Position numbers and translations under genes: made by a program. The notes beneath the pieces were generated by a model that had not been told where the DNA came from, made no database searches, and saw nothing but the letters and a program-made list of their open reading frames with translations. Positions 41,281-55,715 of a stretch of 64,000 nt of DNA are shown piece after piece (the stretch's first letter is position 1; every line of letters starts with the position of its first letter). Where the stretch lies: assembly GCF_009914755.1 (NCBI RefSeq), contig NC_060937.1; one strand, written 5' to 3'. Origin of the DNA: the human T2T-CHM13v2.0 reference genome, Homo sapiens.

Positions 41281-41632
41281 TGCTGTGGTCTAAATGTCTG
41301 CGTTCCCCCAAAATTAATATGTTGAAACCTAATCTTCAATGCAATTAATATTAAGAGGTGGAGCCTCTAGGAAATGATTAGGTCATGAGGGCTCTCCCCT
41401 CAGGAATGGGATTGGTGCCTTTGTAAGAGAGGCTCACGGAAGATTGTTCTTCCCTTCTGCCATGTGAGGATGCAGGAAGTAGGCACCATCTTTGAAGCAG
41501 AGAGCAAGCCCTCACCAGACACTGAATTTGCTGGTGCATTGATCTTGGACTTTTCAGCCTCCAGAAACATGAGAAATTAATAAATACCCAGTCTAAGGAA
41601 TTTTGTTATAGCAGCCGGAATGGGCTAAAACA
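41281..41632 (+). mobile_element. MLT1A-type solo LTR
   Basis: TGCTGTGGTCTAAATGT...CCCAAAATT...TTGTTATAGCAGCC...CTAAAACA. Confidence 0.88.
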
Positions 41633-41914
41633 TGTTCTAGTTTCAAGAGGATATTAATTTCTTGAAAGTGCTTATATGTTTCACAAGAGTATTAATTTTT
41701 TAAAAGTTCTAAGTAAAGCTATAGTAAAAGTAGGCATGCATTGTTAGAAAAAATGTTTACAGTATCCCTATTATCATTTCATGTAATATACAATAATTTA
41801 TTTCTTTGAAACACCAGGACATTTTTAGAGTGTTCTTTGGTAAAACAAATTAAGAATGGTAAAAAGGTATTTTGGTTATATGTCAATTCAAAATGAGATT
41901 TACATGTCCCATGA

Positions 41915-43145
41915 GATTATCAACAAATGTTCCTTGAAAAATTAGATGTCTACAGGCACAAGAATGAAGTTGGACCCCTACCTCACAGCATCTACTAAAT
42001 TAAGTCAAAACAGATCACAGACCTATATAAGGGCTAAAACTCTCTAAGAAAAACTTAGGACAAAATCTTTATGATCTTGGGTTAGGAGATCATTTCTTAG
42101 GTATGATACCAACTATGTAAGTGACAAAGAATAAACACATAAACTAGACTTCAACGAAATTAAGAACTTTGTGCTTTAGAGGACACCATTAAGAAAGTGA
42201 AAAGAAAATCCACAGAATGGGATAAAATACTTCTAAATCATATACCTGATAAGAAACTTGTATCTAGAATACAAAAAGAGCTCTTACAACTCAAAAATAG
42301 AAAGACAACCCTATTAAAAATGGGCAAATAATTTGAGTAGACATTTCTCCAAAGATATACAATTGGTCAGTAAGCAACTAAAAGATGCTCAACATCATTA
42401 GTCATTAGAGAAATGCAAATCAAATACACAATGACATACTTCACAGCCACCAAAATTACTACTATCAAAAAAACAGATCATAACAAGTGTTGACAAAGAT
42501 ATGGAGAAATTAGAACCCTCATACATTGCTAGAGTGAATGTAAAATGTGCAGCTGTTTTGATAAACATTTGGTAGTCACTCAAAATGTTAAACATAGATT
42601 ATCATCTTACCTAGTAATTCCATTGCTAGTTACATACCCAAAAGAATTGAAACATATGTCCATGTAAAAATGTATACATAAATGTTCATAGCTGCATTAT
42701 TTATAGTAGTAAAATAATGAAAACAACCCAAATGTCCATCAACTGAAGAATGAATTTTAAAAAGGGGTATATCCACACAGTGGAATACTATACAATAATG
42801 AAACAAAATGAAATATAGATTCATGCTTGAATCTTGAAAACATTACTCTAAATAAAAGAAGCCAGATATTGAATGATTCCATTCTTATGAAATATCTAGA
42901 ATAAGCAAATTCATAAGACATAGAAAGCATATCAGTGGTTGCCAGGGGATAGGGAATGGGGAAATAGAGAGTTACTGCTAATAGGTATGGGATTTCTTTT
43001 TTAAGTTGATGAAAATATTCTAGAATTGGATAGTGGTAATGGTTGCACAACTATGTGAATATACTAAAAACTATTGAATTGTATACTTTAAAAGGGTAAA
43101 TTTTATGGTATATGAATTATATTTCAATAAAGCTGTTACAAAAGT
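41915..43145 (+). mobile_element. L1MB-type LINE 3' portion (decayed ORF2 end + 3' UTR)
   Basis: AGAATGAAGTTGGACCCCTACCTCACA...AAACAACCCAAATGTCCATCAAC...AATAAAGCTGTT. Confidence 0.88.
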
Positions 43146-46143
43146 GAGATTTATAACTCAATCTGGGCTTAAGAAATGCAATTACAACTAGAATTGTGAT
43201 CAATTATACCAATTATTTTAGATTTCTTACATAAAAATATGTTATAAAAATAATTGTTATATCAATTATTTTAGATTTCTTAAATAACAAAAAAGTTCTT
43301 TGAAGTTGTGTTAGTATTCATTAGACAAATATGTTTATTTGTGGTGAAGTAAGCATATTTAAAAGAAAAAATGCACAAAGGCCCTAAAAGCATTGTCAAT
43401 CAGCTTTGTTGGACAATAAACCAATTTCCAGTCATAACCTACTTTGTAGAAGTAATAGCTATTACTATTTTCAACATATTACTATCTTTTCAACTTAAAA
43501 ATGTACCCAACTTATCAAATGCTATCTAAGGACAGCCATGTACTCTTCATTCTGTTTGGAAATATTCCAGTCCAAATCTATTCCTAATCTGGTCCAATGA
43601 GTAGAATCTCCTGTCATGACTGGCAGTGACAAGGAGAGAAAGGGAATGGGAGAAAAAAGGGGAATGAGGATAGATCCGTTTATTCCTCCACCTCTATCAA
43701 TCACTGCTTTAGCTCCAGGATTGACCATCCCCAGCAATTCTTCATTTTTATCCAACTTTCCAGTGCCCTCTAATCCCCTTGGGAAGATTAAGACCCTGTC
43801 TGATTCATGTATCACCCATGGGGCCAAGCGCACTCTCCTTCATGTAGAAGGAATTCAGGAAGGGTTGGGTGTGAAATCAACTATCTGAAATGGGGTATCA
43901 CACATTAAAAATGTTACAAAAAATTTTAATATCTTTTTTAAAAGGAGACCAACTCTCATATGTTAAAATGTAATATCAGTTCTCAGTCATGGTGTTCCAA
44001 TTACTCACATGCCATGATCAGACGCAAGATGTTATTCAAGTAACTTGTTAATAATAAAAAAGTTCCAGTGTTTTTCAATGTTTGTTTTTTCTATAATCAA
44101 AATGTATTCAAAACTATTTTTCTAGTAGCATTTCTGTTACATGATTTATAATTTTTTTTTGAGATGTAGCAAAAAAGGGAAGTTAAAACTTGTGGGTAGG
44201 AAAAAATATTTATAAAATTGCATTAGACATGAGAATATTATCTATCATGTGTGGCAAATTAAAAAATGGCTGCAAATCTGTCTCTTGTATTACACGACAA
44301 AGAACTACTAGAGGTATATTTGGGAGGTACAAAGGATAAATATTCTTGATAAGGTAAAACTCTCAGATTTCACATATCATTATGTCTACTGGAAGGCAAA
44401 TCAACTCAAATTCCTACCCCTCATTTATGTATACTTGTCATTCTTGGTACTCACCACACTCTCTCATGCCCCTAAAAATATTTAAGGTTTACTGTTTTCT
44501 CTTTCTTGAACAATTACCTTGTGCCTTTCCTACCCGACTAATCCTCAATCATTCTTTGTGAGTCAGTCAGAATTTTATGCCCTGCAGGAAGCCTGCCATG
44601 CCCTCCTCTTGAGCCCTATAGCATCAGAGCCACAAAAATGAAAGATTACTCTATGATATTACTGTACCCTACAATACTAATCAGAAAAAAAACTGTTAAA
44701 TGTTACCCTTACAGATACATGCCACAGTCTACATATTTTATTTACTGTTTTATTAAACCATCGCTTCTGATCAACTTGGAGATCAGCTCTCAAAGTCATC
44801 ACAAGTTGATTAATTTTTAAGGAAGTCTTGGAATCAAAACCTTTGAATCTCCTCCCTGCTTACAAAGTATCTAAAGGAAAACTAAAAACAAACAAACAAA
44901 ATAAACAAAAAATAATGCAGGACAGCACCTACACCAGAGATTTTCACCTTTTGTTCTTTTACATAAAAGATTAATAAGGAGATATGAAAGAGTCATAGCA
45001 GTCCTTAGGAGACTATAAGGTAAAAGTATTGGCAACTATTGTCAAGTATGTCTAACCACATACAATAGAAATCAATGATATACGATATGTTAAAACTCCT
45101 GCAATGACCATATGGAGACAGCAGCCAACAGAATTATTCAGAACATTTTTCGTTTCCTCCCTGTGAAGTTTTGAATAGCCTAAAGACTTACTGACTACAT
45201 ATTTTTTCTTTTGCATCTTATTTTCTGCCTTTCTTCTAATACCTGCTAGTATACAGAAAAATCATGGTATCAGACAACCCTGAACCTATAGAAGAACCTA
45301 TAATGTAACTTAAATATACCACACATTTGGAGATTCCAACACTTACTTCTAAGTTATCTATGTGGCTTACTTACTTATGAGAAGAAGTGAGTAATAGCTG
45401 GTTATACTGTACCAATGAATAAATACCAATAACCAAGATGCCTGACTAGTAAACCTGATACAGGAAACAGACATACTTAAAAATGTCTTGTTCTTCAATT
45501 ACATCCTATTCTGTAGATCTCAGCATCTAAATTTTAATTTAAAATAATCTCAACAAAAGCTACTTGAAAGCCATGAAATGAACTGATGTGGATATGAAAT
45601 ATCATTTTTTATTTTCAAAATCACAAATTTAAAACACAAAAAGTTATTTTTGTACTGAACCCACTTCTAAGCTATTTATTTCTGTCTTCAAATTACTATT
45701 AATATCAATCCTTTCTGAGTAGCTCTCTTGGGTGAAAGATTCTAATGGCCAACAGATGGGGTAAGTGCACAAACACTTAAAATTTTGTCCCAAGCTAAAT
45801 GTCTGGCATACATACACACCCATAAATACATTCAACTTGCTTTGTATTTGCCTTTCAAATTGGGAAAACTCAAACAAAAATTTAACCTGTGAAGTACTGT
45901 GTTAAAGCAGTATTTCACTATTTAGCAGCTTAAAATACAGCAATTTTGCCATAATGTAATATAGCGTTTAGGAAATAAATATGATGTGTTTTACCCGAAC
46001 GTCACTTTTACACAATTTTTGAAGTTCCTTGAACTTACACTGGCATATTTATTAACAGTACTAACTCTTATTATTTTCCTTAATTTTCTTGTAATTCTAA
46101 AGGGGAGGGAGATAAGAATAGCTCCCAACAAAATATACAGTAA

Positions 46144-46441
<298 letters not shown>

Positions 46442-47574
46442 CCTACAAAAATATTTAAAAGTATTTCTACCAATTATAAATTTGAAAGGATACATAAAAA
46501 ATGGTCAAAGATTTGTCTTACATTAAAACTGTAACACTAAAAGGAAAAAGCATAGTCAGGCAAAAACTGTTATCAAGATACGCTGACATAATGCCTCCTT
46601 CTGCTTTCAATAACAAAAGCGAGAGTAAAGTTGTAAGACACAGAGTGAACTGAATGACCCTGACTTCCTTTCCTCAGGCTCTCACAAATACAAGTTAGTT
46701 GGCACCAGAGAGGCTGGGTAGGAAACTGTGCACATTTCCATATGACACAGATTTGTTCGTGACTCCGAAGTGGCACCTCTACATGGAAAGGGTGTACATT
46801 TTACTTTTTCATTCAAAGTTATGTTCATACAAAATTCAAACCGTTTATTTAATGCTGCAGGATTTAGTACTGTGCAGCTGTCTATTGCATTCGCACTCAT
46901 TTGCGAAAAGTTTGATTAAATCACTACTCACTCACCCACTAAAATGACAGAATTCAGGTTTGTGCTGCCAATTTGCTCCCACCACAGTATGTCTACTACT
47001 GCTATCACCACCTAAAATGGACCCTTCCCCTTCTTGTATGAATCATGCTTGTGGCCCTATAAATACCAGTCTTATAAACCATGATTTCCAATAAGGATCC
47101 TAGTTTTAAATCAAAGAAATTGCAACTGCTGAGAATAAGGCATTATTAGTTACATTTTTATAAAATTTGAATAGCCATTGAGAATTTAGTTGCTCTCATT
47201 TTCACAAAAGTTACCTTCCTTAAAATATCACTTTATAAATTTTGTGTCATTCTTAAGCATTCAAACATCCAGGAGCCAGATACTGACCCCTTGAAACACA
47301 ATTCAAATTTTATAACAGAAAAGAGTAAGGAAAGCAAAAATTATTTCTAAAAGTTGTGCTTTTAGCCAACTGTTCCTTAATGTGTATCTCCTCTAAGCAA
47401 TGATCATAAAGGTTACTAAAACATATGATCAACACTAGAGCCACAGCAGCATGCTGGAATTCTTACAGAAAAAATAATGGTCCAAACTGGTTAAAAAAAA
47501 AAAGTCCTTATATCCAAATAGCCTATGACATTTTCAGTCCTTCTTAGTTGCAGGGCTTTACTAGAAAACATCAT

Positions 47575-48144
<570 letters not shown>

Positions 48145-49499
48145 TAGAAAACATCATTTTGCAGGGAAATAAAATGCTGCTAAGAAGAGTATGTCAATAC
48201 TACAAAGTTGTTCAGTGTATCTTGAAGAAAGTAGTCAAAGCCATTCTCCCCTTATTTAGAAAGCCAGTAACGTCATCAGGGCTAGCAAAGTGACTCCAAA
48301 TTGCATAAGAAAATTAAAACTACAAAGTAGGCTCAAATTGTATAGAAAGATGTATAATGTATGCTCAGACAACTATCAACTACATGTAACAACAACATAA
48401 ATGTACCTGCTAACTAGATTTCCTATCTCACATTCTCAACAAACCATCTATGACTTCCAAAAGTCGATGGAGGCCACTTTCCCATGAGGCACCACAGTCC
48501 ACAGTTGACTCCCATGTCTCTCATTTACACCTTCTGTTTCACGCATCCTTCCAGGTTCCAAGAAAGCAATGCCCTTCCTGGCCCACAATTTCTCAACGTA
48601 TGCCTTCGATTCATCCCTTCCTAATTACTGAGCAATTTCTCTCCTGCTCATATTACATACCCAGAACCATCCCTTCATCCAAGCTCCTGTTTCCCATTTC
48701 GAACTAACAGAAGGACATTTTCATTTTATTGCTTTCTTAGTACAAAAATCCCTCCTTCCTCCTAGTACTGCCCCTCCCCACAATCAGTTATACAACCCAA
48801 TTATAATTGAGCCATTCTCAATCATGTCGTTTCTCTTTTTGGAAAAGTTCTCTAGTTCACTAATTTTCACCACATCCCAGCTAATTCCTCTACAAGGCTT
48901 TTGGACCCCAAAATATGATTTCACTAAGCCGCTAAAATATGATTCCATTAACTTCCCATAACTCCCAATCATGTACCTTTCACTCTATCCATAAATAATC
49001 CCAGCCTTTGACTTTCATTCACATTACTCCTCTTGCCAAGAATATGCTTATCTCTCCTACCAATAGAAACACACATTCAAGAGTCAACTTAGGTCATGCT
49101 TCTCTAAAAGATTTCCCCTTCTTCCCCTTCTTCCCCTTTCATCCTCGATGAGTTTTCTAGCAGAATTCTTTCTCATATCTAGTATTCTCCATACATTTAG
49201 TTTTATTACTTGTGGGTCAAAGACCAAACCTTTATAGAATGTTTTAAATCTCCCCCAGTAACTAACATGTAATGTTAACATATCACATATTAGTTACTTA
49301 ATAAATGCAGATAAGTTTATCATATAGGATGTATACTACCTTCTCAAAACTTCATGATCGATTTTAAGATAATTTCCAAATAACAGTTATTTTTCTAAAG
49401 AGTAAATACATCAACAGAGCAGTAAGCATGGCAGTGCCAAGAGAAATAGAAAAGGAAGAAAGAGTTACCTTGCAGAAATAGATTTAAATGAGAATTTTC

Positions 49500-49978
49500 T
49501 CATGGCATTACTGCACATCTTCTAACAGCTTTTGTACCAGACTGTCCTTGCAAAAATATTTGCATAACAAACCACCTTGTCATCTAGAGATGGTGCCTCC
49601 CTCCAGGTTAGAGGACAGATTTGTTTCCTGACCAGGATAATAAAGATAACACCTCCCTGCAGAGAAAGATTAGGCAGCTTTGCTAGAAGCCCCTTAAAAG
49701 ATTGGGAATTTCCTGATATGGCTGCATTACAGACCACTGAGCAATGACACAAATCCGCTGTGAGCAAGCATCCACCTGAGACACTCAGCATTGCCCCTGA
49801 AAGGATTTTGGGACATACAGGGAACTGACAACCACATGAAGCTCATGCTGTCTTCTATGCTCTGAGTGATAAAATCCCCTGTCTCTGACCCAGGAGTCCC
49901 CTGTCTTCTGCCAGCATCATGTAACTGCAGCAGACTAGCAAGCTGGGTAAACTGTGAGACCCTTGGTAGTTCCTGAAA
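49500..49978 (+). mobile_element. LTR fragment, MER21/MER77-like
   Basis: GAAGCTCATGCTG...ATAAAATCCCCTGTCTCTGACCCAGGAGTC...TCTTCTGCCAGCATC 3' LTR motif. Confidence 0.55.
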
Positions 49979-50019
49979 TTTTTAGATGTTAGGAGTTTCC
50001 GGTTTAAAAAATAAAACAG

Positions 50020-50378
50020 AAGCTACCATGTTGAATTCTCCACGTCTAACATGCAATGTCATATCCCGGAAACAATATGTTGAGTGAAAAAGGCAAACTC
50101 AAAAGTGTGAAGACTTCATGATTTAATGATATGAAGTTCTACTATAGGTCAAACTAAGGGGAGAGAAATCAGAATGGCGGTTGCTTCTCAGAGTGGGGAT
50201 GGGTAGGAACAGAATGGAAATAAGAAAAATTTTGGGGGCGGGTGATAGGAATATTCCATATCTTAACTAGGGTAGTGGTTACAATGATGCACACAACTGT
50301 TAGAATACATCAAGCTATAAAGTTAAGACTGTGCATTTTAATGTATATAAATTATATCTCACTAAGAAAGCATTAAAA
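50020..50378 (+). mobile_element. L1M (ME/MD-like) 3' UTR fragment
   Basis: ATGTTGAGTGAAAAAGGC...GTGCATTTTAATGTATATAAATTATATCTCA. Confidence 0.7.
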
Positions 50379-50514
50379 ATTCTAGATAGCTAAACAGTGA
50401 ATATATCACAGTCCCTTTTAGTTTCAGGACAGAATAATTCACAAAAACATTAGGAGAAATACTGATCACTTTCACAAGCATTCTGTTCAACATCCTTTCT
50501 AGAGCGGTAGCTGC

Positions 50515-50755
50515 AATTTAGGGATTTAAGAGTATGTATTCTGGAGTCAGATTACTTGGTTTTGGTTTTATACTCAGATCTTTCAGTTACTAGCTAGGTA
50601 CTCTCCAGTAACTTCCTTAATCTTTTCATGCTTGGGCTTCATAATTTTTAACAGAAGTATAAAAGATTTTCCTGTGATTTTAAAGATGAAATTAGATAGT
50701 ATAGGTAGAGTGCCTAGTATATAGAAGCATTCTCTAAAGATTAGTTGTTATCAAC
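50515..50755 (+). mobile_element. MIR SINE
   Basis: TTAAGAGTATGTATTCTGGAGTCAGA...GTGCCTAGTATATAGAAGCA. Confidence 0.7.
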
Positions 50756-52699
50756 TAATAATAACACAGGATTCAAAATAATTCAGAACATTTCTGTTAA
50801 AGCAAAAGAGTAATATAATTTTAAAAATCTAGTAAGTGTAATATACATTCGTTAACGGGAAAACTAGGTGAGAGATTTACCATGCCCTAAAAGTCATTTA
50901 ATTATATAATCAAATAATGCAGTAGATCCACATCACCGTTCTTTTACATGTTAATTTGAAGTACAGAAAGAAAAAACTTAAGCCGAATAAATATCATTTT
51001 GGGTAAATGTTTCAAGTTCAGACAGATGTTTCTCATTTACTCTCAGACAACTATTTTATTATTTTGGGTCTATTTTCCTAATGTAATGAATGTAAAAGAG
51101 GTAAATCCAATTGAATACTAATCCTGATCTTGCCTGAAGAGTAAGTTGATGACAAAATTTTTGAAAAACATGACTAAAAAATATGTAAAAGGACAAAATC
51201 TAGAATCGGATAGTACAAATACAGGGAGAAGGAGACAAAGGGATGAAATATCAGTACTGGAAAAGCACTTTGCTACAACAAAGGGCAAGCGGTCTGACAA
51301 AGCTGGGCGGACTTTATGGCTGCATATCAGACCACATACTAACTATAGCATTCATGTCACAGTTAGTATCCCCCATACAGAGTCACATCTGCCACACATG
51401 TACCAGAATGGCCTCAGTACTGTGTTGTTTAAAATTATTCCCAACATTTTAAAAGAAAACTAGAAAAGAGATAATAATAAGCAATAATGATGTAAAATTT
51501 TTATCCTATATCAAATTTCTTAACTGCATCATTAAAATATCTCTAACATTTGGTACTGATCTCATTAAAAGTATTTCCAATATTTAACAGTCATTATTAT
51601 TTGTCTGAGATGTGAGGTATTTTATGTTACTTGTCATGTGAGTTGAAAAAATTTTTAAAGGTACAAGAAAAAATAATCAAGTTAATGGAAAACATCACTT
51701 CTCAGGAAACAAATCAACTCATTTAGCAATGAAGGAGGAAAGAGCATATTGTGTTACTGCTTTCAATTTGTCCCAACAATAAAATGCTAAGGCCAAATGA
51801 TGGTTACTACTGAGTGCTTACGTAGAAAACTGACTCAGTTCTCCTAGCAGACAGGGTCCTTTCTTTGCTTAAAAGTTACAACACCTGGTATACAGCAGCA
51901 ATACAACTAAAGAAGATGAGTTTCAGACTACAAATAAGTGGCTGTTGAAACAAAAAGGACTACAATTATGAGATATGATTTCTCTTTTAGTCTTTAAGCC
52001 TTCTTATGTTCATATTTCTTAAAGTACAATATTATACCATGTGCTCCACACAGGAAGTGGAAAGAACAGATATTACAATCCCTCCCAAGCTACACCTTTA
52101 AGATGCAGCATTACAGATAAGGTTACCACACACTTCAGTGATCCACTATAATTGTGCAGACAACAAAATGCTACAGGAGGAAAAAAAGGCATTTTAACTA
52201 CATTCATTCCTATCTAAAAAAGCACGTGTGCAAACTTACATATGTAAATTCAATAAAGTTCATACTTCCTTCTCTTTTCTTGCCAGACCTGAATAGTAAA
52301 TCTGAAAACTTGGCTTTTAATTGCACTACTTGACTCCTCAAACTGAACAAAGTATTGTGTCCATAAAAACATCTGCTATTGACAAAGAATTGTACATAAT
52401 CGTTTAAAAAAATCATTTTGGCATATCTTTATTGTAAAGCATTTTTTCCCAGTCCTAAGGATTTTCGGGTTTGAAATCAAGATGAACTTTTTATCCCACA
52501 GCAACTCTCCCAGAACTGTCCATTTAAATTTTAATCTAGAAAGAGAAGCTTGTCTAAGTCTCCTACTTGCTGTTAAAAGCTACCTCGGCCCCTCAATATA
52601 AACAGTCAGAAGACAGCCAACCATGTCTCAAGAAGATGGAAGTGTTCTGTTGGCAAATGGCCAGAAGACTAGCTCACCAGAACTGTCCAAATCAAAAAC

Positions 52700-53370
52700 C
52701 TGTAATCAGAAAATTCCAGACTCCTCCTTCAACTTCCTTCCCAAATTCAAACTGGCCACTAAGATGGATGGACTTCACTTCCTCTCTAGTGCCTGTCACT
52801 GCCTTATTCTGGACTGCTCACCACTGCTCACTGCTCTTCCTCCCTGGTCTTTCCACCTTCAACCTTGCCCAACCCAGAGCTGTTTTCCACGCTGTAGTCA
52901 TAATGGTTGTCTAAAGGGTAGATATGATCATGACACAGAAGAGAGCTCACGATCTGTGCCTCACTACCTTGCAACCCCACTCACTACCTGCCACTCCCTA
53001 GAAACACCCTCTATTTCTCAGTTGTACTTGATATTCTCGGTCTGCACCACAATCTTTGACGCCCCCAAAGCTTAAAGTATGCTTCTTTCTCTTCCTTGAC
53101 AGCCTAACCAGTGCCTTTACCACGTGGCTAACTCTTAGTCATTCTTCATGACTCAGTCTGAGTTTTATTCCCTCCAGAAACCTTTCCATGCCCCTCTTCC
53201 TTGGCCCTATAGCACCTTGGTCCACCTACACAGAATTGTTCACCACATCATAATTGATCCTGTCTTTTGTCTTTCCTGCTAATTCCTTGAAGGAAGAACT
53301 CTTCTTCACCCCTGTATCTCCAGCATCAACAGTTCAAACACAGCAGCACTTTTTAAGTGTTTACTAAGTT
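52700..53370 (+). mobile_element. L2 fragment
   Basis: CCTCCAGAAACCTTTCC...CCTGTATCTCCAGCATC...TAAGTGTTTACT. Confidence 0.55.
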
Positions 53371-53767
53371 TTGTTTTTTGTTTTTTTGAGATTGTAGTTA
53401 CTGAAAAAGTGATAAAAAGCACGTGGACCTAAAAGAAATAATTCATAAATTTCAGAGTTGTAATAAACTCTGAAAATAATCTTTTTCAACTTCTTAATTT
53501 ACAAATGAGGTTTATAAAAAAGATTTAAGAAAGATTTTTCCCAATAGCATGGATATGAGAGAAGGAAAAATAAACTAGTGAAGATACCCTCCCCTACCCC
53601 GAAAATCTTAAAACTGTCTAAGGAAAAGGTATCTGGGGAATATAATGGATAAATGGAATGCCATCTATTTCAGCACCAACCACACAATTCTATGAAGCGC
53701 ATGAGGAGCTCTTCCTAGTGTCACCAGTAAAATACGCGTTTCTTCACCCAAGGCTCAAAGCTTCTAC

Positions 53768-54520
53768 CTGTGTTTGTGCCTACAATTCCAAAACTGGCTC
53801 TTGGAACAGTCGCTTCCTCCACTGGGAAGGAGTTGCCACACCTGTAAAAGGAACAGGTTGTTTGTGATCGCTAAGGTCAACCTCTTATCTCTGATGGTCT
53901 CTGAATTTAGAGTACAATTTAAATATATAGTTAACATAGTCCGGGAGAGATACAGGGAAGGGGTGAGGGAAGTTTACTTACAATCAGGACTGGGTGTGAA
54001 CGTTATGGGAACCTAGAATATTAGAGCTGGGGCTGATCTGGGATTACTCTAATCAATATCCTTCTTGTAGTAGCCGAGGGGACTGAAGCCCAGAAAACTT
54101 CAGGACCCGCCCAGGGTCTCCCAGTAGCTAGTGTGTAAGCTGAGACCAGAACTTGGCTCGTTCTCTCCCAGTCCTGAGCTTGGGCAGAATCACCAGCAAC
54201 GCCAGCTCCCTTCCCTTTCCTTCAGATGGGTCTCGGGTCCAGAGCTGGCGCCCGCTAGCGGGAGGCCAGACCGGGAGGGCCAAGGCAGCCACCTGTGGCT
54301 TTCCCATCCCTCAGGTCCAGCAGTGCACATGGGGTGCCCCCGCGTCAACGCCGGAGGAGTGACCTTGCAAACCCGCGCCCCGCGGGCGGCAGAGCCGGCC
54401 GCTCACTGCCCGGTCCCCGGCCACCACGGAAGAGCGAAGATCTCTGCCAGGGCAGGAGCCCTAGCCCCGACCCGCGCCCCAAGTCTCTCCCGCGCGGCGG
54501 CTTCCGGCCGCCATGGTTTC
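53768..54520 (-). ncRNA. FGF14-IT1: Probable 5' exons of an intronic sense transcript (FGF14-IT1 or alternative FGF14 leader)
   Basis: Minus-strand donor GCA|GTGAGC (exon end 54407), acceptor TTCCTTTTACAG|G (exon start 53841) and donor CAG|GTAGAA (exon end 53768). The name is from memory of the locus. Confidence 0.45.
54012..54175 (-). mobile_element. MIR fragment abutting the CpG island
   Basis: GAGGGGACTGAAGCCCAGA...GCCCAGGGTCTCCCAGTAGCTAGTG reverse MIR core. Confidence 0.6.
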
Positions 54521-55100
54521 CATAGCAACAACAGCACAAGCTGCCGGGTCCCAGAGACGCCCTAGGGTCAGAGGTCATCTCCGTGGCAACGGAAACTTCC
54601 CGCGCTACGGCGGCTCCAACGGGCCGCTTCCGCCGCATTGCGTAGCGAAGCCCCCGGCGAGCCGAGGCTGGGAGCGCGGTGATGGCCGGTCCCCGTGAGC
54701 AGAGGGCAGCGGCGGCGGGACCGGGGACTCTGGGCCAATGGGTAAAGCCAGGAGGAAGCCCGTGCCTGGCCCGTTGGGCTCCCTCCTCCTCAGAGCCGAA
54801 GCAGTCCACACTCGGAACCCAGCTTCACCCGGATTACCGAGGGGTTCCACGCCTGGAGGCAGAGCTGCAGCGTGGGCCCGCTCGCGGCTTTGCAGAAAAC
54901 AAATAATGACACACTTCTCTGGAAGCCCGGGGCCTGGGCCCAGAGCCGTGGCTTCTGCCAAACTTTCTGGTCCCGGACACCAACTCCCCGCCTCTCAGCC
55001 CGAGGCCACAGCGGCCCAGCACCCTGCACCTTTTAAAGTGGCTCCAAAAAGGAGAAAGCCAAATAGATCAGGGTGGTAGGCGCGAGTGCAGGGAGCTGCG
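54230..55100. promoter_or_regulatory. CpG island, bidirectional promoter
   Basis: Dense CpG. ETS CTTCCGG 54501-54507, YY1-like GCCGCCATG 54507-54515, X-boxes 54516-54529 and 54577-54590, DR1 54565-54577, CCAAT ~54734. Confidence 0.88.
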
Positions 55101-55715
55101 AAGTTGGAAGATTACTGCTTTTCAAACTGCCAAAGAGCAAAATACTAAGCGAGAAACTCCGTCCAAAGCAACTGGAACTCGAGGTTCTTTACTAATGAGA
55201 GTTCCAGTTACCATCTTCAGAGAAAGGAGCTCAAAAGAGGGAGTTTATTTTTTGCGGAATGTCTTCCTTGTTAAGAAGAAAATTAAAGATTAAAAAAGAA
55301 AATGAAGGGTCTGGCAACTATGAACCTAATGGTGCCCTAACGTTTGCTATTCTAAGGCCGAGAATGCCAGATGGGGAGAACGCCATGAGCTTTTGAGCTT
55401 GTGTATTTTGCGAGAGGCTCGAGTGTGAACAGTAGACTACAGGCCTTGAGACTGAGAAGGAAGCTATAAAATGTGGGCCAAGGGAATGTCTGCAGGACCG
55501 GGTTTCAGAGCACCCTATCGTGGCGGATAAAGAGCCACTAACAGCTTTTTTCTTTATTTAGTAGCCAAATTCTTGGTTGGCGCTTTGAGAAAGGAGTAAG
55601 CATTAAGCGAATTTAACCAAGTAAAATGTATCGTCCTGCCCTTTGTAGTCCCATAGTTCACTATCCTAGAGATACCTATTTTTCACTATTTTATTAAAGT
55701 GTATTGAAAACCTAC
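54630..55715 (+). ncRNA. FGF14-AS2: Probable FGF14 antisense RNA 2 (about 1 kb lncRNA); ends approximate
   Basis: Position ~7 kb inside intron 1 from exon 1B matches my recollection of the locus. Starts in the CpG island; ATTAAA poly(A) signal at 55693-55698. Confidence 0.6.

Noticed and set aside
54131-55079. Overlapping 60-154 aa ORFs at the 54.5 kb island
   Set aside because: Same GC artefact; only the Kozak-flanked ATG pair was kept as a low-interest finding.
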